Positions 37,613 through 52,673 are shown, numbered from the whole stretch's first letter. The stretch: 62,747 bases of DNA, filler included, from Chiloscyllium plagiosum (GCF_004010195.1; 4 parts of one record of this genome joined end to end with filler, not necessarily neighbours in it), one strand, 5' to 3'. Notes: a model not told the origin generated them from the letters alone. Translations and numbers: made by a program.

Positions 37613-38390
37613 GTATAGACAATAGACAATAGGTGCAGGAGTAGGCCATTCTGCCCTTCGAGCCTGCACCACCATTCATTATGATCATGGCTGATCTTCC
37701 TTAATCAGTATCCTGTTCCTGCCTTATCTCCATAACCCTTGATTCCACTATCCTTGAGAGCTCTATCCAACTCTTTCTCAAACGAATCCAGAGACTGGGC
37801 CGCCACTGCCTTCTGGGGCAGAGCATTCCACACACTCATCACTCTCTGGGTGAAGACGTTTCTCCTCATCTCTGTCCTAAATGGTCTACCCCGTATTTTT
37901 AATCTGTATCCTCTGGTTCGGCACTCACCCATCAGCAGAAACATGTTTCCTGCCTCCAGAGTGTCCAATCCTTTAATAATCTTATATGTCTCAATCAGAT
38001 CCCCTCTCAGTCCTCTAAACTCAAGGGTATACAAGCCCAGTCGCTCCAGTCTTTCAGTATAAGGTAGTCCCGCCATTCCAGGAATTGACCTCGTGAACCT
38101 ACGCTGCACTCCCTCAATAGCCAGAATGTCTTTCCTCATATTTGGAGACCAGAACTGCACACAATATTCCAGATGCGGTCTTACCAGGGCCCTGTACAGC
38201 TGCAGAAGAACCTCTTTGCTTCTATACTCAATCTCTCTTGTTACGAAGGCCAGCATGCTATTAGCTTTCTTCACTACCTGCTGTACCTGCATGCTTGCTT
38301 TCATTGACTGGTGTACAAGAACACCCAGATCTCTTTGTACTGCCCCTTTACCTAACTTGACTCCATTTAGGTAGTAATCTGCCTTCCTGT
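37613..38390 (-). mobile_element. Young CR1 3' fragment with an uninterrupted 199-aa ORF2 C-terminus
   Basis: ORF 37705-38304 with LYRALVRPHLEYCVQFWSP; TAGACAA tail. Confidence 0.95.
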
Positions 38391-38661
38391 TAGTGTTAGT
38401 TGCAGTAGTCAGAGGGAAATGGGTCTGGGTGGGTTACTCTTCGGAGGGTCGGTGTGAACTGGTTGGACTGAAGGGCCTGTTTCCACGCTGTAGGGAATCT
38501 AATCTAGTCCACAATGACCTTGTTCCCAACCTAAACTAGTCCCACATGCCTGAGTTTGGCCCATATCCCTCCAAACCTTTCCTATTCATGTACTTATCCA
38601 AATGTATTTTAAACATTGTAGCTGTACCCACATCCACCACTTCCTCTGGAAGTTCATTCCA

Positions 38662-38761
38662 NNNNNNNNNNNNNNNNNNNNNNNNNNNNNNNNNNNNNNN
38701 NNNNNTTAATTAATTAANNNNNNNNNNNNNNNNNNNNNNNNNNNNNNNNNNNNNNNNNNNN
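38662..38761. other. Scaffolding gap 44N-TTAATTAATTAA-44N
   Basis: Seen directly. Confidence 0.97.
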
Positions 38762-40094
38762 CCTATTTCACTCAACCTTACGGCATGATCCCTTTTTGAG
38801 TTTTCTGCTTCATTGATACTGTTGTCTTTCTTGACTTCCCTTGTTCTAATTTTCCCTCCAATTTCGTTTTTAAACTTCTGGTTTGTCCCCTCCCCCCGCT
38901 ATTTAGTTTAAACGCAGCTGTGTTGCAGTAGCAAACCTGCCTGCCAGAATGCTGGTCCCCAACCTATTAAGGTGCAAACCGTTTCTTTTGTATAATTTAT
39001 GCTTACCACAAAACATACCCCAGTATAGATAAAGTGAATGGTAAGTGTGTTTGTTGTTCCTAGGGTGAAGGAGTCCCTCGGGACCTTATTTTTAAGATGA
39101 GATGGGAAAGATTTAAAAAAGACATGAGCAGCAATTTTGTGGTTTATGTGGGGAATGATCTTACAGAAGATGTGCTAGATGCAGCTACAGTTACAAAGTT
39201 TAAACAATATTTGGATAAGTACATGAATAAAAAATATGTTGAGGGGTATAGTCCATGTGCAGGCAAGTGGGACTAGTTAAGTTTGGGATTATGATTGGCA
39301 TGGATTGAAGGGCCTGTTTCTATGCTATATAACTTTTGATTCTATAACTTGCAAAGGCACAAATCTTCTAGTTGCAAAGGATGGTTCCTGGTTTCAGGTT
39401 AATGATCCCATTAACCCTAACATTTATATTTAACTCTTTCTTTTTTTTCTTAACGTTTAGTGTTTTGGCCTCAACTTATTTCTGTGCCAGGGACTTTCAC
39501 TGGTTCACTGTTATCTTGAGGGAAGAAATTTCTCCTCTTCTCAATTCAGTGTATGAACATAACTGCTAATGTCAAGTCTTCTTGCATCTAACTTAGTTAT
39601 GCATATATCTTTGTTTGCGAGCAAGATTGTGTAATGATGTCTCTGTAGGTCATAAAGGTAACAGCTTTATTGTACAGTTCACTTAGTTTACTCTAAATTT
39701 GTGCCTTTTCTGGTGAATTTAGCTGTTAAGTGTTTGTTGGCCACCAGTGTAGTACAGATAATTTTTAACCTATAATTTGTGAAATAGTATGCCAAGTAAA
39801 ATTATTCCATTTTCTAGTATTTCAAAATTGGAGCAGAAGACAATATATGTTTTGCTTATTTCCTCTTAAACTTAAATTGTGAAACCTCAAAAGTCTATTT
39901 CCTGGATCTTCCAATTTTAGTTATTTGCCTTAATAAATTTGTTGCCGTTTTCTATTCTAAGCATTTTGCTATCATGTCAGTTGTTCAATTATTGATGATC
40001 GATGGTTAAAGATAGTGATCCAGATATTCTGATTAGTTTTAAAATTTGCCCACTTAGCTTTAGATGATTTCTTTGTTGGAGATTGCTGGTCATG

Positions 40095-40405
40095 GCAATA
40101 GACAATAGGTGCAGGAGTAGGCCATTCAGCCCTTCGAGCCTGCACCGCCATTCAATATGATCATGGCTGATCATTCCTAATCAGTATCCTGTTCCTGTCT
40201 TATCTCCATAACCCTTGATTCCACTATCTTTGAGAGCTCTATCCAACTCTTTCTTAAATGAATCCAGAGACTGGGCCTCCACTGCCCTCTGGGGCTGAGC
40301 ATTCCACACAGCCACCACTCTCTGGGTGAAGACGTTTCTCCTCTCCACATTAAACTGCATCTGCCATGCATCTGCCCACTCACCTAACTTGTCCAGGTCA
40401 CCCTG
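40095..40405 (-). mobile_element. CR1 3' end of the 37613 family, internally deleted
   Basis: Near-identical to 37620-37866, then jumps to the WADAWQMQF region. Confidence 0.9.
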
Positions 40406-40420
40406 TATGGCCTCCTGTTA

Positions 40421-40729
40421 TAGATTAGATTAGATTACTTACAGTGCCGAAACAGGCCCTTCGGCCTAACAAGTTCACACTGACCCGCCGAAGCACAACC
40501 CACCCATTCCCCTACATTCATCCCTTTTACCTAACACTATGGGCAATTTCGCCTGGCCAAGTCACCTGACCTGCACATCTTTGGACTGTGGGAGGAAACC
40601 AGAGGAAACCCACGCAGACACTGGGAGAACCTGCAAACTCCACACAGTCAGTCGCCTGAGTCGGGAATTGAACCCGGGTCTCTGGCGCTGTGAGGCAGCA
40701 GTGCTAACCACTGTGCCATCGTGCCGCCC
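40421..40729 (-). mobile_element. HE1/V-type SINE
   Basis: Full-length copy. Confidence 0.93.
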
Positions 40730-40829
40730 ACGGTTATGAACCTGTATGAAAAAAAACTGAGAGCATGAAGAATGTCTTTGTAGAAACCACACCTTTTTTG
40801 CAGCAGTAGGCCTTTTAAAAAAAACTATT

Positions 40830-41355
40830 GGTGGGATGTGGGCGTCACTGGCTGGCCAGCATTTATTGCCCACTCCTATTTGTCCTTGAGAAGCTGGTGA
40901 GGAGCTGCTTTCTTGAACCGCTTCAGTGCACCTGCTGTGGGTCAATCTACAATACTATGGGGGAGGGAATTTCAGAATCTTGGCCCAATCACAGTGAAGG
41001 AACCATGATATATTTTCAAGTCAGAATGGTGAGTGGCTTGGAGGGGAAATTGAAGGTAGTGGTGTTCCCATACATCTGCTGTCCTTGTCCTTCCAGATGG
41101 GTTTAGAGAATGCTTTCTAAGGATCTTTGGTAAATTTCTGTAATGCATCTTGTAGATAGTACACAGTACACAGTGTTGCTACTGGAGGGAGTGGCTGTAG
41201 TGTTAATCAAGCAGGCTGGATGGTGTCAAGCTTCTTGACTGTTGTTGGGGCTGTACTCATCCAGGAAAGTGGGGAGTATTCCACGACAGTCTTGATTTGT
41301 GCCTCATAGATGATGGAAAGGCTTTGGGGAGTCAGGAGCTGACTATTGTAGCCAT
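40830..41355 (-). mobile_element. L2/Crack-like LINE 3' fragment
   Basis: Minus strand ends ALKRFKKAAPHQLLKDK* followed by AATAAA; clade assignment tentative. Confidence 0.55.
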
Positions 41356-41900
41356 CACCAAGGAGAAGGTGCCAGAAAAATTGAATGGCCTGAAGGTGGA
41401 TAAATAACCTGGACCAGATGGATTACACACCAGTGTTCTAAGGGAGCTAGCTGAAGAGATAGCGAAGGTGTTAGTGGTGATCTTTCAGGAATTGCTAGAA
41501 TCAAACGTTCCTCATATGTTAAGCTTGTTATTCCTGGGACCATTCTCGTGAACCTCTTCTGAACCTGCCCCAAGGCTAGTACATCCTTCTTGAGATATAG
41601 GGCCCACATCTGTGCACAAATGTGGCCTGACCAGAGCCTTATGGAGTCTCAGAAATGCATCCCTGCTTTTCTAATCAAGTCTTCTCAAAATAAATGTCAT
41701 CATTGAATTTGCCTTCCTCACTACTCACTCAATCTGCAAGTTTACCTTGAGAGAATCCTGGACTAAACTCTTCTCAATTCAGTATATGAACATAGCATCT
41801 AACTTAATGATGCATACATCTTTGCACTTCAGAATTCTGAATTTTCTCTCCATTTAGAAAATAGTCCATGCCTGTATTCTTCCTCCCAAAGTGCATCCCA
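41356..41900. mobile_element. CR1 fragments (+ strand then - strand)
   Basis: LKVDK*PGPDGLH on +; QKRFTRMVPG on -. Confidence 0.75.
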
Positions 41901-41921
41901 AGGTTCAGTTGACTGGTGTGA

Positions 41922-42497
41922 TATTATGGCTTTATGAGGGTATTTCATCCTGTCCTTTTTCTGAAGAAAGGTTAAGCCAGAAGTGCTGAACAGTCTCCTT
42001 TAAAGGCCATAATGTAAACAGTTTGAGAGGCCTTGGGTTTTTTCCTAAATTTGGAACAATACAAATAGCCTGAATGGATGGGGTCAAGCTCTTTCTTTCT
42101 CTCTCTCTCTTTCTGTCTGTCTGTCTCACTCTTTCTCTCTTTGTTTATTACTGGACTGGATGATTGCATGTGAGACAATCTATTTTACAGAATTTGCCTT
42201 TGTCCAGGGTGTGTTTATGGGATGTTAGTAAATTGGAACAGTTACTGTTTAATTCATTAAATAATCTATTATTCTGTTAAGTTTTCCAATAGTGTTGTTA
42301 TTCCAATTTCTTCTTTCTTTTATTTTTTTTTCACTGTACTGTTTGAATAAATTGTATTTTGCTTCAAGCCTGGTAGTTTAACCAATTGAGTTGCCTCTGG
42401 AATGCAACACCTGCCACTTGCCTTTAAAATAACAAAATATTAAGGTCTAGGCTAGATTCTTCATATATTTTAAGGGGGTTTGGTCTGAAGCATAATA
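41922..42497 (+). mobile_element. Second LTR copy related to 35550-36159
   Basis: 42166-42497 is colinear with 35839-36159; contains a CT/CTGT microsatellite. Confidence 0.75.
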
Positions 42498-43986
42498 TGG
42501 GCTAAATGTGTGCAGCCAGGTGAGTGAGGTGGGTAAGGTGCCACATGGATAGAGTGCCTGAAGTGCAGGATTGTGGGTGTTGGCTTGAAGGGCGAGTTTA
42601 CTCATTCTTATTAGGCAAGTGAGTCAAAGGTTATCTCATTGGATGGGAATGTGAAATTCAAAATGCACCGACATCAAGCATGATCTTATTGAATGCAGGG
42701 CAGGCTTGAATGGCCCACATAGTCTACTTCTCCTTATTTTTATATATTCATATGAATGTTGTTAGTAGTTCACTGGTTCTTCTTGTTCAAAGCATTTTTG
42801 TTGGATAGGACAAAATATGGAGGAAATGGTCATTACTGTCCAGAGTCAGTTACATCATACATTATATATATTTTTCCCCCAGAAATGCAGTAGTGACGTT
42901 ATCATATTAGAATTTAACCATGTCAAAAGTAGGCATATACTGTGCATTATTTGGATGTTGGTCTGAAAACATTAACTTGTCTCCAATTAACTCAAGAACC
43001 TAACTTTTTGGAAAAGACTCAATGAACACTGTATTTCTAGGTATGGTTATGTTTCTGTTAAATTTTAATAGGATTGAAGTTGTCTGATGGAGTGTGCAAG
43101 TTGTATGTTTTAAGGTTTGTTAAGTAAAAAGCAAATTCCAGTGTTGTCACTTTGTACTAAGAATCAATTTAAAAATAACAATCTCCCTCTGGTGAAAGCA
43201 AATATGAAATATTCCAATAAAACAAAAAAGGCTTACTCTGAAGCTACATGTATTTTCAGTGCAGGGACAGCTCTTCACATCCAACCTGTCCGTGTTAGTG
43301 TTTATTGTCAACATGAATAAATAATCTTGAACTTACTCCATGTATTTTCAAAATGCTTCAACTTACTTTCAGTCATCCAATCTATCCACCTACCTAACTT
43401 AATTTTGATATGTAGTTTCTGACTTAAGCATGAAACACAGAGGCCAGTTGCAAAGTCTCAACAATCTGCATATGTTGTCTCCTTAGTTGTAAATAATTTA
43501 CTTTTAATTTTACATTTAAGACCACCGGTGCTGGAACCCTCAAAATTGCAAATAATCTCTTACCTTGTTCATTCTTTCATAATATTCAGATTATGTATTG
43601 TATCCCTTCACAGCTTTTAAGTGATGTGTTTTCAAGCTTTATTAATATTCTTTAATATCTGGCAAAAGTCTGTATTTCGCAATTTTTCATGGAAGTGAAT
43701 TAAATGAGGTTATTTTTCTCAAATAAAGTTTTAGGAAAATAAGTGTCATAGAAATTTTATATTAACAGTTGTGACTGGCTCCTGCACAGTTAGTTTCTGC
43801 AGCTTCTGAAGTGTGCACTTGCTTAAAACTAAAATTGCCAGTTTAAATGATAATGGCTGACATTTTAACTTAAAACAAAATACCCCACGCAAAAAGTTAA
43901 AACTAGTTCATTGTCTTAAATTTTGTCTTTTCACATTTACTACAGGCAATGTTGTTTTGTCACCTTCTCGCTCTGCATATCTTTAA

Positions 43987-44295
<309 letters not shown>

Positions 44296-45159
44296 TAGTT
44301 CTACAGGCTGTCCTTAAAATCATTTTATTTAAAATAAAATGTAAAAATCATTTCAAGTTTAATTATTCAATGCTACCAAATTAATAGAACAATATAGTTC
44401 TGTGAAATATTTCCAATTTTAAGTGCTGCAAAAAGTAGTGGATTGTTTAATGTCTCCTGCTGGATTGTGGGATTTTTAATAATTGCAGTCACCAGAAAAA
44501 TATTTTTCATTCGAATCTAATAGTTTGTCTTTTGGGTAACAGTGTGGTTCACTTATATATATTTTATGCTTCTTTTGTTCCTAATCAAGTGCTGGTAAGT
44601 ACTGTGATTATGTGGGTAAGACTAATTTTATTTTCTGTACTTTACTAGTACCATGGCCATGTCTGCATTGACCAAAATAAGCAACTCTTTATTCAGGAGT
44701 GAATATTACAAGAAGCACATGTCTTGACCTGTTGTATCACAAAAACAGAGTGTGGTGTCAGGTTGTGACATAGTGTAAGCTAAAAGGCCTGTAGCATTTT
44801 ACAAATTGGGAGACATGGTAGTGTACCTAGTTACTCATGGTGATCTAATCCCAAACACTGATGTGTTTCAACATATGTAGTTGAAGCATCTGTAGTTTTA
44901 GGCATCCTATTAAAGCAAAAAAGCCTCAAGGGTCTAGGCTATATTATGTCTCCCCTGTCAAATACTTCGAACATGATAAAAAGAAAAATAATGCAGATTA
45001 TGGAAATCTGAAATAAAAACAAAATTCTGGAAATAATCAAAATCTAGCAGCATCGATGGAGAGAGAAACATGGATTTTCATGACTGCTTTGTTTTTATCT
45101 ATTCAAGATATGTAGATTATTTTATATGAATTTGTTGTAATGAAAATGTAGCTATTTAA

Positions 45160-45516
<357 letters not shown>

Positions 45517-47424
45517 TAGCTTGAATTTTATGCTAAAATGCCATCTCTTATCATATACTTAAATGAGACATTATTAGATTTGCTTTTATTGTATACTTTA
45601 TCAGAGGTGCCTGAATTCTTTAGTACTAATCATTTAGAAATTGTTGAATGTAAACAACAATAAATTTAGAAAAAAATATTTCAGGAAAAGTATTATGTTC
45701 CTAATTATGGACTGATTTGTTGAATCTGATCGCCTTTCTACACTTCTAAAATACAGATACTCTTTAAAAGTGTAAGTTACAGTGATAGTGTGCATTTAAA
45801 TAAATATTTAAATTTGAGAGCTGTGTTATCCTTTGGTAATCGACTTCAGCCATTATTGAGTTGGCTTTGGTATAGTTAATATTAGGGGGCTATAATCTCT
45901 CAATTTGTACTATGTGGATCATTGGATAGAACCTACACAATCCTTTGCTAGATCTATGTCACATTAGAATTTTTTTAACCATTTATTCACAGGAATTAAT
46001 ATAGAAATAATTTCTATTTTTGTAAAATCACTACATTGTTGCAAATTCACAAAAAAAGCTGGATGAAAGATTGTTCACGTACTCAACAGAACTGCATTTC
46101 TCCCGAGACTATGCAGGAAATTGGTATCTGAAGGAAGGTGAAATAAAATTTCTCTTTTTTGTGTTTGAAAATGCGATTAGTATTGTATAAATGGGAGGGG
46201 AAAGGATAGGATCAAGCTGCAGGTGGGTGGGGAGTATGTTGTTCATGAACAGGCTTTTTGTAAGATAGATTAGCTCTTTAGACTATGTGAAGCACTCAGT
46301 AGTTCTGGAATTATATTTGGAAAGCACCTTGCTCAAGTCAAGGCGGATGATCCATTTATGTGAGAAGCATGATGTGATTACTGTATATCATGTACTGATA
46401 AGTAATGTTGTTTGATATGTGCATCTCCTAGCACTACTGTTCTGTGTATTCATTCATTGTGAAAGAGAGCAGTTTTACAATTTGCTTTTAGGTACTTGGT
46501 CTGATATTCTTACCAAAGCTGTCACATTCTTTTCTCCTGCAGTCATGGCAGGTTTAAATTCTCCTTAATTTTGAATTTTCTCTCTTGGCGTTCCCTGAGA
46601 GGTCTATTGAAAACTGTGGAACTACTGTGTCCCCATGCTTTTCTGTCATCAACTTCAATCAAGTTTGTTGGCATAGGTTTTAAGTTGTCAATTACTGCAC
46701 ATCAACAGTCTTGCATTTCCCTTTTGTGTTTCTACCCAGAATGCATATTCATTACCGAGTAAAGTTAGAGCCATCCATTAATTTTTAAATTGATTAATTG
46801 TATTAACAAAGACTTGGCTAATCTATGGGGATGCTTTGCCCCTAAACTCCACACCCAACCTTTTCTTCTCCACAGCTCTGCATAGGTCATTGTGTGACCC
46901 ATGTCATCAAATCACAATATCATTTATCCTCATTTTCTCTGCACTTTTTTTGCTTATCTCCTTTAAAGGTGTCTGCTGCCCAGTTTAAGTCTCAAACTGC
47001 ATTTCTCACTGAGATGTTGTCCCTCAGCCTTTTATAATCTGTTCCTCTTAGCAATTTCAATCTTCACCTTAGCTATCCTTGCAGTCACCTCTCTGAAATC
47101 ACTTCTTACTGGTCTATACTGAACCTCTTTCTCGACATGATTTCTCATAATTATGGCTACCATCTTGATCTACATATCTACCTATCTCCCATTATCTCGA
47201 CCCACTTTGTCTCGTGTCACAAAGAAGGCCATTTCTGAAAACTTTGTTCCAACTCCTTTCCACTTTTGCCTTCTTTTGTATTTAGTAATAGAAAAAGTTG
47301 TTCATTCGCTTACAATCTCGCAGTTTCCTTACTTTGATCTTCTGATAGCTGTGATTATTTTTCAACTGTTGATCTGATCAGTTACTATCTCAACTACACC
47401 ATTAATGCCAAAGGCACTGAGCAA

Positions 47425-48950
47425 AGAGCAAAGAACACTACACAGCACTGGAACAGGCCCTTTGGCCCACCAAATCTGCACAAGTACATGGCGCTTTGCT
47501 AAACTAAAGGCCTCTGTTCCCTGCCTATTCATGTCTCTGTCAAGGTGCCTCTTAAACACTGCTATTGTATCTACTTTTACTACCTCCTCTGGCAGCACAT
47601 TCCAGGTACTTACTACACTCTATGTTTAAAAAAAAGTTTCACATCTCCTTTAAACTTTCCCCCCGACTTTTGCCTTAAACCTGTGTCCTCTCGTAATTGG
47701 CATTTCTACCCTGTGAGAAAGGCTCCAAGTATTCATTCTGTCCATGCCTCTATAATTTTGTAAACTTCTATTCGGTTGCCCCCTGAAAACAGATCAAGTT
47801 TGTCGAACAGCTAATGTGTCCTCATAGCTAATACTGTCTAAACCAGGCAACATCCTGGCAAACCTTTGCTGTACCTTCTCCGAAGCCTTCTCATGGTGGT
47901 GTGGCAACCAGAACTGTATGCAGTATTCAAATGTGGCCTAACTAAAGTTCTATACAGATGTAATATGACTTGCCAATTTTAAATCCTCTGCCCCGACTAA
48001 TGAAGGCAAACATACCATGTACCTTCTTGACCACCTTATCCACATGTTGTTATTTTCAGAGAACTGTGAACCTGTACATCTAGATCCCTCCATAGGTTAA
48101 TGCTTTTACTTCCCTCTTGCATTAGACCTTTCAAAATGCATCACCTCGTACTTATCCAGGCTAAATTGTATCTGCCATTTCTCCTGCCTATCTATGTCGT
48201 ACTGTATCCTCTGGCAATTGTCCTCACTTTCTGCAACTCCCCCAATTTTTGTGTCATCTGCAAACTTAGTAATCAGACCATCTACATTCTCATCTAAATC
48301 ATTTATATATCTTACAAACTACAGAGATCCCAGCATTGATCCCTGCAGAACACCACTGCTCACAGATCTCCAGTCAGAAAAACATCCTTTCACTATTTTC
48401 TTGTCTTCTATCACCAAGCCAGTTCAATATTCATCTTACCAGCTCACCATAGACCCCATGTGACATCATCCTCTCTGTCAGCCTATCATGAGGGACATTG
48501 CCAAAAACCTTGCTAAAGTCCATATAGAGAACACCCACAAGCCCTGCCTCATCAATCATCTTTGCCACTTCCTCAAAAAAACCTCAATCAAGCTTGTGAG
48601 ACGTGACTTCCCATGCACAAAGCCATGTTGCCAATTGCTGATAAGTCCATATTTTTGGAAGTATGAGTAAATCCTATCCATAAGAACCTTCTACAGTAAT
48701 TTCCCTACTACTGACTGAAGGCTCGCTTGTCTGAAATTTTTTGGTTTATCCCTGACTCTCCTCTTAAGCAAAGGAACAACATTGGCTATTCTGCAGTCCT
48801 TTGGGACTTCTCATGTGACTAAAGAGGACATAAAGATTTTGTATGAAATCCCAGGAATTTTCCTCCCTTGTCTCCCTTAGCAGTCTGGGATAGATCCCAT
48901 CCAGCCCCAGGGACTTGTCTATCTTAATGCTTTTCAAAATACCCAACATT
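47425..48950 (-). mobile_element. CR1 ORF2 fragment to 3' end, degenerate
   Basis: IKIDKSLGLDGIYPRLL, KFADDTK and FKRHLD motifs on the minus strand. Confidence 0.9.
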
Positions 48951-49117
48951 TTTTTTTATATACATCAATACGCCTGAAGTTGTTCCATCCTCAAATTTCC
49001 CAATTCCAGGGACACAGAGATAAACACAGTATCATTCATTATAAGATTTGTAATCACCACTTCTGACTTTGCATAAATTTATAAATGATTTTGAACATTT
49101 CTGTTCTTTTTCTTTGA

Positions 49118-49357
<240 letters not shown>

Positions 49358-50254
49358 TGATATTGAAATCCAGGTTTTAATGTTTTTACTCTTAATACTT
49401 TGACAAGTGATTGTACTTACGATACTATATGTTGTGCTAAGATCCCTATTTTCATGTAACACCAATTTTTTGCAGTTTAACATGTTACTTTTTTAACTCT
49501 AACTTTAACCTAGAGGAAACACTCTTTGAAAGAATCTTTTTTGAGGACAGTCCATAGGGGTATTCTTATGAAACTTTAAACTTTACTTTATGTATTTCAG
49601 TTTCACATTCAAGTAAGTTTCTTTTGACCAGATAAAATGTGTAGACGGTGATTATTTAGATTATCTCAACTCACTTTTTCAAAATGATGAATTTTCAACT
49701 CTCAGGCTATTAGAATTTAATATGATATTTAGATTTTATTTAACAAACATATCCAAAATCTCATTCCCTATCAAAGTTGACAGTGTAACTGGATTAGAGA
49801 GTCAACTGATGTGTTTTTGGAAAGAGAAAGGAATAAATGTTGAGCAGGTGGCTTAGTATAGCTAAGAAATATCAAAAGGAATAAATATGATGATTGTGAA
49901 TGGAAAATGTTTTGATTTTAAAGTGAGTTGAAAAGCACAGAATAGATTCAGAAGGAAACAGTTGTGTTTGCATTGAGAAAATGGTGTAAACATTCCTGGA
50001 AAGCTGCTAGTCAGTAACATTAAAATGCAAGAATTTAAGATGAACCTGAGAAAATGGTGAAAAGATAATGAGAAGCAGCAAGCATTTGTTAGAGGTTTAA
50101 AGAGGAATGGCCACCTGGAGTGCATAACAGTTCAGACAGATTTTTTTTGTTTCTAATCTGGAAATGTCAATGTAAAACGAAAACAGAAATTGTTGGAAAA
50201 ACTCAGCATGTCCAGCAGCATCTGTGGACAGGAAGCAGAGTCAATATTTCAGGA

Positions 50255-50625
50255 TGAGAGGGAATCTAATTGAAGCTTACAGAATACTTAATGGCCTGGA
50301 CAGAGGACATTTGAGAGGATGGTTCCATTGTTAGACAAGAAAAGGACCTGAGGGCACAGCCTTAGAGTAAAGGGAAGACCCCTTAGAACAGTGATAAGGA
50401 CAAACCTCTTCAGCCAGAGACTCGTCAGTCTGTGGAATTCATTGCCACAGAAGGCAGTGGAGGCCAGGTCATTGAGTATATTAAAGACAGAGATAGGTTC
50501 TTGTCAAGGGAATCAAGGGTTATGAGGACAAAGTAGGAGAATGGAGTTGAGAAACTTATCAGCTATGATTGAAGACTCGATGGGCTGAATAGTGTAAATT
50601 CTGCTCTTATGTCTTATGGTCTTAT
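50255..50625 (+). mobile_element. CR1 3' fragment preceded by a family-2 PLE remnant (about 50155-50253, - strand)
   Basis: MRGNLIEAYRIL peptide and TCTTATG tail. Confidence 0.8.
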
Positions 50626-51000
50626 TATCAAAACAGTGAGTTCAAGTTAGGGAATGATCCAGTGATCTGTTCAGATTGCAGTTATGAATACAGCTTCAAA
50701 TGCCATGATACAAATAAAACAATCCAACTCTGAAGACCTTGCGGAAAGCTGACTTATTTTTAATTTTTGAGAATTGCAGTTTTAGGAGAAGCTGGATAAT
50801 GATAGGTTCTGATATAACTTTGTTGAAAATCGAACAAAGAATACAATTAGTGAAGATTAACTTTGAGGCTCATATCAAAACATTTTCCAGAAAGAATGAT
50901 CACAAGACAAATAATTTAGGTTGCGAACTTCTGTTGTAATCCCAGCTGATGTAAAATGGGACATGTCCAATCCCCGAATGAAATCCGCTTTGATCGATCA

Positions 51001-51207
51001 TACAGTCAGTTCTTCTGAATCACGATGTTTGAGTTCTTGTGCAACCCTGTGTTATAGAAACAGCACTTAAAATGTTAACGCTGTAATCGAGTTACAGCCA
51101 ATTCAAGTTTGAAAAGTTTGCGCTTTAGAAACAGTGTCCCTAATTTGTCATTCACGTTGCAGCGAATTCGTGTTGATGCAACATGCATTATAACAGAATG
51201 ACCTATG
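51001..51207. mobile_element. Tigger-like MITE remnant
   Basis: TACAGTCAGTTCTTCTGAATCACG at the left and GCATTATAACAGAATGACCTA at the right form degenerate TIRs. Confidence 0.4.
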
Positions 51208-52043
51208 TTTTAAAATTATATAGTTAATCAAGGTGGTGGTTAGTTACTGAAGCATTTTCACACAAGACTGCAGAAGACAAATTAATAATATTAAAAAAAG
51301 AAAACTAAGGTATTACAGTTGAAAAGATCTTTATGCAATCATCAAACCAAGCTGTTTCCCAGTATCACATCTTAGAGACAACTACGTCCAGAGAAATTAC
51401 ACTCATTTCTCAAGTCTAGATTGGTCCATTGATTGTGTTGGTTGAGACATAATCCTGATGGCACAACAGATTGAATAGATTGTTGTTATTAAATTTAAAT
51501 AAGGAACTCTTAAGTCTAATTCAGTCCAATGGTGCATATAGAGTAGCCAAGAAGCTTAGGCAAATGATTTATCAAGTTAGAACCCAGATCATCAGCAAAG
51601 ACTGCATCATGTAGAATATATATATCGGATAGAGTATAGTTATCACCTGTGTTCCATTGTAGAAGTACAGTGAAAAACTTTTACAATGTCTCCCTTCTTA
51701 TGGCGACATCATCATTATATAGCAATATATTGCCAAGAATGCAACAAGAAAGTAATGTCTCTCCCATTGCCACTGTCCTCGAGAACAAGGGTATCAGCGG
51801 GGATGAAATGGAAGGAGAGGGGAGTAAGGTCCACATAGAAACCTCTTCTGTCCAGGTAAGCAATAGAGACACAAGCAAACTGAGACTCCTTATTTGCTAA
51901 CCTAGGTACAGAATGATGAGGGGATTTAATGAGTCTGATCACCACATTTAAGGAACGAAGCAGAGACAAGCTCAGCACGTTCTACATGATGTGGATATGG
52001 GAGAGGCCCATCTCAAAAGAGAACATTCTTATGGACTAGGCTC

Positions 52044-52673
52044 AGAAAAGCTGGGGGAAGGGGAAATGAGGAAACTGTTGAAATCCACATTGATGCCCTG
52101 GGGTTGAAGTGTTCCGAGGCGGAAGATGAGGCGTTCTTCCTCCAGGCGTCTGGTGGTGAGGGAGCGGCGGTGGAGGAGGCCCAGCACCTCCATATCCTCG
52201 GCAGAGTGGGAGGGGGAGTTGAAATGTTGAGCCACTGGGCGATGTGGTTGATTGGTGCGGGTGTCTCGGAGATGTTCCCTAAAGCGCTCTGCTAGGAGGC
52301 GCCCAGTCTCCCCAATGTAGAGGAGACCGCATCGGGAGCAACGGATACAATAGATGATATTAGTGGATGTGCAGGTAAAACTTTGATGGATGTGGAAAGC
52401 TCCACTAATATCATCTATTGTATCCGTTGCTCCCGATGCGGTCTCCTCTACATTGGGGAGACTGGACGCCTCCTAGCAGAGCGCTTTAGGGAACATCTCC
52501 GAGACACCCGCACCAATCAACCAAATCGCCAGTGGCTCAACATTTCAACTCCCCCTCCCACTCTGCCGAGGAAATGGAGGTGCTGGGCCTCCTCCACCGC
52601 CGCTCCCTCACCACCAGACGCCTGGAGGAAGAACGCCTCATCTTCCGCCTCGGAACACTTCAACCACAGGGCA
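52044..52673. mobile_element. Penelope-like element GIY-YIG endonuclease region as an inverted pair
   Basis: NIIYCIRCSRCGLLYIGETGRLLAERFREH motif; arms 52094-52367 and 52401-52673. Confidence 0.92.

Noticed and set aside
37705..38304. Intact 199-aa ORF as a host gene
   Set aside because: It is the C-terminal CR1 ORF2 of a young truncated insertion.
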